NCBI GenBank assembly: GCA_016699995.1
Contig: CP064996.1
Coordinates: forward strand, 330,357 to 394,356
Length of the DNA: 64,000 nt
DNA from: a bacterium
GTDB taxonomy: Bacteria > Patescibacteriota > Doudnabacteria > UBA920
Reading direction: 5' to 3'
Part shown: positions 26,416-35,100 of the stretch, piece after piece
How the letters are laid out: each line of letters begins with the position of its first letter
Numbering within the stretch: the stretch's first letter is position 1
Translations under genes and position numbers: made by a program
The notes under the pieces: generated by a model
Database searches by the model: none
The model's input: only the letters and a program-made list of their open reading frames with translations
Told to the model about the DNA's origin: nothing

Positions 26416-27189
26416 ATGAACAATCCAGAAATGAATAATCCGGAATTGACCGGAGAATTGGATACACAGTTTGAGGACACCGAGGTCATTATTACCTTGG
26501 TTGACCCGGAAGAAAAGGAGTACGAAATCGCCGATCAAGAAAATCGCGAAAAGTTCCTTAAGCGCTTAGAGGGCATGCGTGAGGACGAAGTGTTGATGAT
26601 CGAAGACGCATATGATTCGGGCAAAGAAGCTCATCGCCCCCAGCGTCGCGATAGCGGAGAGCGATACTTCGAACATGTTCGTTCCGTGGCCATTATTCTT
26701 ATGGACGAAGCAGGTGTGCGCGATCCAGACTTGATCATTTCTGCTTTGCTTCACGATTCTGTAGAGGATTCGGCTTTGTTTGCTAATCGTACCAAAGCTC
26801 ATTCCGATTGGGTAAAGACAGCCAGCTACCGCTTGAGCAAGAAGTTTAACCCGCGCGTAGCTAAGATGGTAATTACTTTGACAAAGCCGAGCGTAGACGG
26901 CGTGGAATTAAAAACTAAGGAAGAAGCTCATCATTTTTATATCGATAACCTTAGTGAAGCCGATCCGGAAACAATTATGGTCAAGATGGGCGACCGCTTG
27001 CACAATCTCCGCAGCTTAACTAACAACACTAAAGAGAAACAGTTAAAAACTATCAAGGAAACTCGAGAAGTATATTGGCCGATTTTCAAAAAAGTTTTAG
27101 AAAAATATCCAGAAGCTGGTCAGCACTTGTTAGGCGAAATGGAAAAGCAGATGGCGGAGTTGGAAGAGAATATGGAGAAGGCCGAATAA
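26416..27189 (+). CDS. HD-domain (p)ppGpp hydrolase, RelA/SpoT-homolog small alarmone hydrolase
   Basis: HRPQRRDSGERYFEHVRSVA...ALLHDSVED...MVKMGDRLHNLRSL matches the SpoT hydrolase HD domain. No synthetase domain is present. Confidence 0.65.
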   Translation: MNNPEMNNPELTGELDTQFEDTEVIITLVDPEEKEYEIADQENREKFLKRLEGMREDEVLMIEDAYDSGKEAHRPQRRDSGERYFEHVRSVAIILMDEAGVRDPDLIISALLHDSVEDSALFANRTKAHSDWVKTASYRLSKKFNPRVAKMVITLTKPSVDGVELKTKEEAHHFYIDNLSEADPETIMVKMGDRLHNLRSLTNNTKEKQLKTIKETREVYWPIFKKVLEKYPEAGQHLLGEMEKQMAELEENMEKAE

Positions 27190-27206
27190 TAACATTTGCG
27201 ATAACA

Positions 27207-27236
27207 AAAAGACTCTCTCGAGAGTCTTTTTTATGG
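27207..27236. terminator. bidirectional terminator
   Basis: aaaaagactctctcgagagtctttttt hairpin. It shares the agactctc stem with the rplL terminator. Confidence 0.6.
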
Positions 27237-27260
27237 TGTCCAAAAGTGTTTTTATTCTGT

Positions 27261-28242
27261 TTAGAATTTTACTTCGAGCAGCTCGCTGCCATTGAGTACG
27301 TAAATGCTGCGGGCTTTTTCATCCACGGCTAGGTCTTTGAGTTCCGTGAATTTGTCGCTATTCAAAGTTTTAACTAGTGCGCCGGTTTTGCCTAATATGA
27401 TCACGCGCTTATTGCCGCTGTCCAGAACATACAAGTTGGCAAAATCGTTTTGGGTAAACAGCTTGGTGGTTCCCGATAATCCAGAAATGCCAATATTGAA
27501 TTCCTGCTTAGCGCCAGAATTATACTTAAGAATAGTGCCGCCAGTAGCTACGTAAATATTGCCGTCGATTGCTAAGTCGGAACCGTTTTTAAAGGCATCA
27601 TCTTTGGCGGAAACTGTGCCAGCCGTAAAGGTGCGATTGCCGGTGTTGAAGTTTTTTACTTCCCCGGTGGATTTGTCTAAAATGTATACTCGATTATTGG
27701 TTGCGTATGTCTTCATCCCGCCGAAGCTGCTGCCAGAAGGAACACCTGTTGTAAAGCGACCAGTCACAATATCGTCTTCATAATCCCAGACAAATAGTTC
27801 GCTGCCGTTGTAGATGGCGGCTAAGTTGCTGTTTAAAGCTGTGCTGTCCACAATCGGCTCGCTGGATTTTAGCACGTCATCTTGAATCTGCTTGGCGGGT
27901 TTTTGGTAGGCGATAATGGTTCTGTTAACTTCCACCGCAAAATAGTTTGGCAGGTTGATTAAATTGCTGCCGTTGCCCAAAGTTGCCAGGCTGCTCACAT
28001 TGGCCTTTTCTACTTTATTAAGTTTTTGATTCAATTCCTCCGCCTGAGCCTTCAGCTCGTTATATCTGTCAGCTTGGTCGCTTTCGCCAATATCAGCAGG
28101 CAAGCCATTAAGCATATTGGTCGCGTCTGCGTATAAGCGGGAAGCCTGCGCTTCGTCGCCATACAATAGAGCAGCATTGGCGTCGTTAAGGTTCTTTTCG
28201 ATATTAGTTAAAGCTTCGGTAGAGACCGTTACAGTTTTTCTT
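27261..28242 (-). CDS. beta-propeller repeat (NHL/YVTN-like) extracytoplasmic domain protein, possibly the C-terminal part of a gene split from the upstream ORF
   Basis: Repeated ...YV.D..N.RV... blades. The tracked ORF starts at TTG 28166, but the frame is open upstream to 28242 and overlaps the end of the 353-aa ORF in another frame. Confidence 0.45.
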
Positions 28243-29290
28243 TATTGCTTTGCATCCTGGCAATGGCGAGATTTGTTCCGAACGCAATCAACAAAATTGC
28301 CGCAGAAATTAGGAAGAACTTCTTTTGGCGGCTGTAGCCGGAGATTTGGCTTGGTTGGAGTTTAGAAGCAGTCTTTTTTAGAGTACTCTGCACGACTCCT
28401 ACAGACTGATTGGATTTAGAAACCATGCCTTGCCAATAACTCTTTTTTACGTATTTATTTTTAAAGTCCGCTGCAAAGTTTTTTCCGATCATTAAGCTGG
28501 TAGCAGCTGCCTTTTTAACCTTGTGGGGTACCCAGCTCTTGTCTCGGACAATTTCAGAAGTCGCAATCGGGCCCGCTAAATACTGGCCGAGATCAACTTC
28601 TTCATCAGAGGTCGTGCCGGCTTCAACTTGCAGTGCAAAAATTGTGCCGCAGGCTACGTCTGGACCCATGTCGTCGTTTAAATATTCGATAATGCTTTGT
28701 GCGGCAATCGGCAGGTCGTTTTTATTCAATAAGGTCTTGATGCGATCGATAGAGATGTGGTTAAGCAATTCTGGGGTAGAAAGCATAAACAAGTCGCCCA
28801 GGCGAAGCTTGCCTTCGGAGAATTGGTCAAAAGTTTTTAACGGCTGCGAATTGCTATTGGAAGTATCGGTTATAGAAGAGAACTTGCCTTCACGGTAAAT
28901 AAGCGCGGAAATTTTCCCGACACTAGAAACGCTCAGTACCCCGGCATGTTTTACAGCCACAGCTGCGTTGAGTTTACCGAGCCAGTGGGTTTTGCCTAAA
29001 GTGACAAGCTTGCCCAATTCTTCGTTAATGTTTGCTAAAGCAGCTTCAAAAATTCCTGTATGATTGCTGCCGTCGGCGCGCTTATACGAGCGTTTTAAAG
29101 ATCCGCTAATTGCTTCTGCGATTCTCTGGCATTCATCTTTGGCTGCCGGGTTGAACATCGGCAGTTCGCAGATAACATAAATCTCAGTGCCGATGGAATC
29201 GATGGTTTCGGCGAGCGTATATACAAAAGTAGAGGACTGGCGGTTGTCCCCAAGCTGGATTTTTACAACTTGTGTTTCTAATTCAGTCAT
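28229..29290 (-). CDS. hypothetical protein with C-terminal TM helix (353 aa)
   Basis: ORF ending with FFLISAAILLIAFGTNLAIARMQ TM segment. The N-terminal region is faintly PP2C/SpoIIE-like, which is uncertain. Confidence 0.45.
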   Translation of the reverse strand: MTELETQVVKIQLGDNRQSSTFVYTLAETIDSIGTEIYVICELPMFNPAAKDECQRIAEAISGSLKRSYKRADGSNHTGIFEAALANINEELGKLVTLGKTHWLGKLNAAVAVKHAGVLSVSSVGKISALIYREGKFSSITDTSNSNSQPLKTFDQFSEGKLRLGDLFMLSTPELLNHISIDRIKTLLNKNDLPIAAQSIIEYLNDDMGPDVACGTIFALQVEAGTTSDEEVDLGQYLAGPIATSEIVRDKSWVPHKVKKAAATSLMIGKNFAADFKNKYVKKSYWQGMVSKSNQSVGVVQSTLKKTASKLQPSQISGYSRQKKFFLISAAILLIAFGTNLAIARMQSNKEKL

Positions 29291-29462
29291 TTCCTATATT
29301 ATACCACTTTTGAGTGGTGCCCGCACCCGCAGCCAAAATAGGGGGTATGGTATAATATTGAAATATGATTACTAGATTATCCGATATTATCGACTCAGAT
29401 CATCAGGCTGAGTTGCTCGCATTTTTCTTACAGCTACTCCGCGTAGTTTTCCGGTTTCAGAA

Positions 29463-30029
29463 TTGTCTCGCCGGCTGTCTATTAGCCATAAGGATGTTTC
29501 CGAAGCCGCGTCCATTATGGAAAAGCATAACTTAGTGAGAAGTTTTTCCAAACAGCAGACTAAATTTTATATTCTCAATCATCGTCATGCGATGATCCCC
29601 CAGTTAAAGAGTTCTTTGGGCAGGGAACATAAGTCTTGGCCGGACGAACTCAGTGCCAGCCTCCGAAAGCTCGGCAATTTTAGCGGCATATTTTTATCCG
29701 GGGTATTTGTGGGCCGTCCCGAATTGGTTGTCGACCTGTTACTAGTTGGTTCGGTTAATGCAGATAAGCTGAATGTGTTTTTAAGAACTACTAGCAAGCA
29801 ATTCGGGGGAGAGCTTAATTACAGCATCATGACCGCCCAGGAATTTAAGCTGCGCCGCGACACGTTTGACCGTTTTATTAAAGACGTTTTCGATTATCCG
29901 CACATCACTCTCTTAGACAAGTCAGATGAAAAGCAAGAAATCAAAGAGACGGCAGCAACAGAGCCAGCCAAAGCTACTAAGTCGGTTGCAAAACCAGCTG
30001 TAGCTAAAGCCGTAAAGAAAAAGCAGTAA
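29463..30029 (+). CDS. hypothetical protein with Lys/Ala-rich histone-H1-like C-terminus (188 aa; start codon uncertain)
   Basis: ORF ends ...KATKSVAKPAVAKAVKKKQ*. The same frame continues as a ~100-codon K/A/P-rich tract to 30346 after two in-frame TAA codons. Confidence 0.45.
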   Translation: MSRRLSISHKDVSEAASIMEKHNLVRSFSKQQTKFYILNHRHAMIPQLKSSLGREHKSWPDELSASLRKLGNFSGIFLSGVFVGRPELVVDLLLVGSVNADKLNVFLRTTSKQFGGELNYSIMTAQEFKLRRDTFDRFIKDVFDYPHITLLDKSDEKQEIKETAATEPAKATKSVAKPAVAKAVKKKQ

Positions 30030-30346
30030 AGAAACAGTCTATAATTAAGAAACCAGAAGGTAAAAAGAAAGCCAATCGTTAAGCCTTTAGCAAAGGCGGT
30101 TCGGAAATCAAGACCTGTAGAAAAAAATACTACGCCGAAAAAGGTTAGAAAAACTGCTCGCAAAGCAGTGTCAAAGCCGGTAGCTAAGCCTACTAAGCCA
30201 GCAAAAAAGGCTAAACCAAAAAAGGCAATGCTAAAGCCAGTAAAAAAAGTTGCCAAAAAAACGGCTAAGAAGACTCTAGCTAAAAAGACCGTAACTAAAA
30301 AGCTGGCTTCAAAGCCATTTAAAAAAGCTATTAAGAAAAGAAGATA

Positions 30347-30583
30347 ATGCAATTCTTCACAGACACATATAATCAGGTTTTAGGATACTTTCCGGATTTT
30401 CTCCACCCCTTTATCTCTATTGGTTTAGCTATCTTTTTGATCTACTCTATATTTCAGGTTCTGCGCAAGGATTTTATCTGGCTCATAGCGCTAGTGCTTT
30501 TATTGCCAGCTTCGGTGCCGATTCTGCAAGAGGTATGGGAAGTGCTGCTCGCGGTCATCAAATATCTTCTAGGCAAAGGGTAG
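30347..30583 (+). CDS. small membrane protein (78 aa)
   Basis: Two hydrophobic helices. Followed by terminator ccagtgcatttgcactgg and a T run. Confidence 0.4.
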   Translation: MQFFTDTYNQVLGYFPDFLHPFISIGLAIFLIYSIFQVLRKDFIWLIALVLLLPASVPILQEVWEVLLAVIKYLLGKG

Positions 30584-30612
30584 CCAGTGCATTTGCACTG
30601 GTTTTTTATTTT
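30584..30612 (+). terminator. rho-independent terminator
   Basis: ccagtgcatttgcactggttttttatttt. Confidence 0.6.
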
Positions 30613-30647
30613 GTGCTAAATTACGTTCATAACTTAGGAGGATATTT

Positions 30648-30932
30648 ATGGCGCGAACTAGCGGAGACCCTTTGTTGGACAAGTTGAGAAAAAGCCCGAG
30701 ATTCAAGGAAGCTAACGAGAAAAGCGATAAAAGGGAGCGAAAGCGGCTCTGTAAAATTCTGTATTTCGATAAGTTTCACCAACCCAAAAGGTGTGGCGGT
30801 CAGATAACCAGTCATACGATTCATAAACCATTCGATATGCGTACCCCGATAGGGGGACGTCATCGGCCTCCGAAAATCGATAGTTACGAGTCCTGTCAAA
30901 AGTGCGGGGTTCGTTATGACTCCCGAGTATAA
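30648..30932 (+). CDS. hypothetical small basic protein (94 aa)
   Basis: AGGAGGatatttATG. Followed by terminator aaacagttgaaatttcagctgttttt (30967-30994). Confidence 0.45.
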   Translation: MARTSGDPLLDKLRKSPRFKEANEKSDKRERKRLCKILYFDKFHQPKRCGGQITSHTIHKPFDMRTPIGGRHRPPKIDSYESCQKCGVRYDSRV

Positions 30933-31048
30933 CGACTCTAATACATAATATTGTGGATAACTTTTTAAACAGTTGAAATTTCAGCTGTTTTTATATATTT
31001 GACACAGGGTGAACGATTGTATACTATTCAATTAGAAAGGAACTCAAC

Positions 31049-31660
31049 ATGAGCATCACCGACAGACAGAAACAATTATTAGAATACATCGTTCATCAAA
31101 TAAGAGAATACAGTCTTCCTCCCTCGCTATCCGAAATGGCTGAACATCTTGGCGTGAAGTCTAAGAATGCTGTTGCAAAATTGCTTACCGGCCTAGAAGA
31201 AGGCGGTTATATAGAGACCAACGGCAAGGCCAGGGGAATCTCCGTACTTAACAGCCTTACCGACAGCTTGCAAAAAGGCTTAGTCCGCGTCCCGCTGCTT
31301 GGGTCTATTCAAGCCGGAAGCCCGCATCTTGCCGAAGAATTTATAGAGGAGTGGGTAAACTTACCGCAATCGTTTATCAAAGGCCGTAAAGATGTGTTTC
31401 TGCTTAAAGTTCGAGGTGATAGTATGATCAACGCCGGAATTCACGAAGGCGATCTGGTAATTGTCCGTCCGACTCGTGAGGCTAAGAATAACGACATCGT
31501 GGTTGCGCTCTTGCATGACGAAGCTACTGTTAAAAGATTTGTTCAAATCAAGAACCGGGCATACTTAAAAGCCGAAAATCCAGATTATCAAAACATCTAC
31601 CCAAAAGAAGAGTGGATGGTGCAGGGAAAAGTAGTTGGAGTTATCCGGAATCTGGAATAA
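31049..31660 (+). CDS. lexA: LexA repressor (S24 peptidase)
   Basis: N-terminal wHTH. Cleavage-site and Ser-Lys dyad region ...GDSMINAGIHEGDLVIV...VALLHDEATVKRF. Preceded by TTGACA...TACTAT promoter at 30999-31027. Confidence 0.85.
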   Translation: MSITDRQKQLLEYIVHQIREYSLPPSLSEMAEHLGVKSKNAVAKLLTGLEEGGYIETNGKARGISVLNSLTDSLQKGLVRVPLLGSIQAGSPHLAEEFIEEWVNLPQSFIKGRKDVFLLKVRGDSMINAGIHEGDLVIVRPTREAKNNDIVVALLHDEATVKRFVQIKNRAYLKAENPDYQNIYPKEEWMVQGKVVGVIRNLE

Positions 31661-31716
31661 TTCTCTAAAAAAGGTCAATTAAACAAAATATTAATCATTA
31701 ACCCATAGGAGCCACT

Positions 31717-31899
31717 ATGTCTGATTTAGAATTAACCAAAAACGAAATCATCACTAAATTGCAGAAGTTATGCGCACACTGCGCTTCCGGCCGCCGACAC
31801 AACTGTTCGGTGCAAAGAATCTCTATGCAGGTCAAAGCTTTTCGAGGAATTCCGCTTATTGTGAATAATGAGTTCCGAGGGGTAATTTACAGCCACTAA
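31717..31899 (+). CDS. small Cys-containing protein downstream of lexA (60 aa)
   Basis: TAGGAGccactATG. CAHC...C motif. Followed by the long hairpin ggggatggatacc..tatccgatcccc. Confidence 0.4.
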   Translation: MSDLELTKNEIITKLQKLCAHCASGRRHNCSVQRISMQVKAFRGIPLIVNNEFRGVIYSH

Positions 31900-32183
31900 C
31901 TGTAAAAAAGGGGATGGATACCAGGTATCCGATCCCCTTGAGAAACCCTTTAAATAGAGCTAGAATAGCAGTAGATAAATGCCTTTTTTATAAGGTATTT
32001 TTTATTTCCCCCTTATTTATAAGGGTTTATCTGGCCTATAGGCTTGACAAAACCCTGAAAATAAAGTATACTTATGGGATTTATTTACGAGCTCATAGCT
32101 TGGGGTAAATCGTCAAGAATTATTAATTTGATGACACCTTTCGCATACAATATGCGATTTAATCATCAAGGAGAGTTAAGCAA

Positions 32184-35100
32184 ATGCGCAACATTTTCTT
32201 TAACCGTCAGTCAAGCAAACTTGGCCTGTTAGGTAGTTTGGTTGCGGTTGTTGCCGTGGCTATTGCTCTTGTGTTGATCCCTCAAAAGACCAACATTAAG
32301 ACGTTGGCAGAAAACTGTCAGAATCCACCAACCACCCCAACTCTCAACCCTTACCCGGTTACTTTTGACGACGAAAACCCGCCGTTGTGCCACGACCGCG
32401 CAGCTATTGATGCTGCAAAGTATAACAATGGTGGTCCAGTTGTATATTCACAGAGTGAATCCGACTGGCAGAATGGTTTGAATTTAAACATTGGCGAACA
32501 GGGCGTAGCTTTGATGTACATCCACAACGGAGCTGCCAACAATTTGCCAGGCAACCAAACCATGGCACGTAACGTGAAGATTACTACCAATACCCATACT
32601 GGCGTAGGTAGTTCTCATCCGATTAACGTGAACTTTGCTGGCGACAACACCAATGTCGTGAACAAAACTTTTACTGTTCACACTCCAGCTAACGCTAAAT
32701 TGGAAGTAGTTCCAAATAGCGGTTTTATGTACGACTACTTCGGTAATTTGGTCTTAGACCAGCAGAACCTAAACTTAGGCAACTCTGTTTATACCTTAGG
32801 TGACTTAGATGCTTGTTTCGAATACAGCATCTTCTTGACCTTCCGATTCAAAGTAGTTGCTGATACTCCTGCTAACACATCTTTGGGAATCACTAAGGAA
32901 GTCCGCAGTTTGGACCGCAATACTAACTTTGCTTCTTCTGTAAACGTTGATCCAAATGAACGCGTGCAGTACAAGTCCGTAGTTCGCAATACTGGCAATA
33001 CCACTGCTACCAATGTTCAGTTTACTGACAACGGAGTAAATGGCGTTCAGATCGAAAGCGGTTCTGTAACCGTAGACGGCCTCCACGCCGGAACTTTGCC
33101 AGGAACTTTGTCTCTGGGTGATATTCCAGCTGGGGGCGAAAAGACTATCGTTTATAACGCCCGCGCAGGCGGTAACGCTGGTACCTTTGTAAACACTGCC
33201 ACCGCAGTGGCTAGCAATGCACCGAGCGTTTCTGCAAGCGCAACTGTGATTGTTCAGGTTATTCAAAATAACCCGAACATTGCCGTTAACAAGCTGGTTA
33301 AGAATTTAACTACTGGCGGCTCTTACGCACAGTCTACAAATGCAAAGACTAACGAACGCGTTAACTTTAAAGTAACTGTGTCTAACACTGGCGACATTAC
33401 TTTGCGCAACGTAGTTGTTACTGACCCAATCCCTGCAGGCTTGCAGTTTGATAACTCAGTCGTAACTAACGGAAATGCCAGCTTTAATAACAACACTTTA
33501 ACTGTTAATTTTGGCAACTTAGGTGTTGGCCAGAGCAATACTGTAGAATTCGCTGCAAAAGTAACCCGCTCTAACGACGGTCAGGTTTGTAACGTAGCTA
33601 CAGCAAATTCCGAAAATGCTGGTCCAGTAAACGATAACGCTTGCGTTAACGTTTCTAATCCTCCAGTAGAAACTCGCACTATTACTGTTAATAAGTTAGT
33701 TAAGAACAACAACCAGAACACTGCTTACGCTGACTCTGTCGGTGCTAAGACTGGTGAATGGGTGAACTTCAAGGTAACTGCTACTAACACTGGCAATGCT
33801 GCCATTAACAACTTCCGCATTACGGATACTGTTCCAGGCGGCTTAACCTTGGATCAAAATTCTATTACCTCTACCGGCGGCAACGTCTCTATTAATGGCG
33901 CGACTATTACTGCTAACTTCGGCACTGTCGGAGCTGGCCAGAGCCGCACCTTAGAGTTTGCTGCACAGGTTGTCCGCAATACTGCCGGCCAAATCTGTAA
34001 CGTGGGTACTGCATCCGGCGACGGAGCTAACTCTGTTAATGCTGACGCTTGCGTTAACGTATCTATCCCAGAAGTCCGCACTATTGCAATTACCAAATTG
34101 GTAAAGAACAATAACCAGAATACTAATTACGCAGACTCTGTTGGCGCTAAAACAGGCGAGTGGGTTAACTTCAAAGTAACCGCTACCAACACTGGCAATG
34201 CTACTATCAACAACTTCCGTATTACTGACGCCATCCCTGCTGGGTTGGAATTAGACCATAACTCGATTGTTACTTCTGGTAACGTTTCGATCTCTGGATC
34301 TACTATTACAGTAAACTTTGGTTCTGTAGCTGCCGGCCAAAGCCGCACCTTAGAATTCGCTACAAAAGTAGTTCGCAACACCGCGGGCACTATTTGTAAC
34401 GTAGGTACTGCTTCCGGCGACGGCGCTAACTCTGTTAATGCTGACGCTTGCGTAAATGTAACTCCTCCTCCGGTAGAAACTCGCACTATTGCCATCACTA
34501 AATTAGTGAAGAACAATAACCGCGACACTGTTTATGCAGACTCTGTAATTGCTCGCACCGGTGAGTGGGTTAACTTCAAAGTAACCGCTACCAACACTGG
34601 CAATGCCACTATCAACAACTTCAAGATTACCGATCCTGTACCAGCCGGTCTGGAACTAGATATAAACTCTATTGTAACCAACGGCAGCGTAGAACGTAAC
34701 GGTGGAAACATTACCGTAAACTTCGGTTCTGTTGCCAGCGGCCAAAGCCGTACTCTAGAATTTGCTGCTAAAGTAGTTCGCACTACCGACGGTACTATTT
34801 GTAACGTAGGTACTGCATCTGGCGACGGCGCTAACTCTGTTAATGCTGACGCTTGCGTAAACATTCAGAACCCGCCACCAGAAGTTCGCACTTTGCTGAT
34901 CTCCAAATTAGTTAAGATCGGTTCTGGCAGCTATGCTCAGACCGTAAACGCTAAGACTGGCGAAACTGTAACCTTCAAAGTTACTATCACTAACTCCGGC
35001 AGCGCGACCATCGATAATGTAAAAATTACTGATGTGATTCCGTCTGGATTCGAGTTCGCTAATGCTGTTGTAACTACTGGTTCTCCTTCCTTCAATGGCT

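Noticed and set aside
29894-30352. Phe-rich 152-aa ORF on the minus strand.
   Set aside because: Antisense of the AAA/AAG-rich Lys tract (TTT and CTT codons). Compositional artefact.
30960-30998. Near-palindrome AAACAGTTGAAATTTCAGCTGTTT considered as a LexA (CTGT-N8-ACAG-type) operator.
   Set aside because: Half-site orientation is reversed relative to the gamma-proteobacterial box. It is followed by a T-run, so it is better explained as the terminator of the upstream 94-aa gene.
33854-34864. Three minus-strand ORFs (85, 133 and 110 aa) inside the DUF11 protein gene.
   Set aside because: They are antisense images of the highly repetitive, low-complexity sense frame. Near-identical repeats generate them in tandem. 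No RBS is present, and the sense strand encodes a continuous 1329-aa protein.
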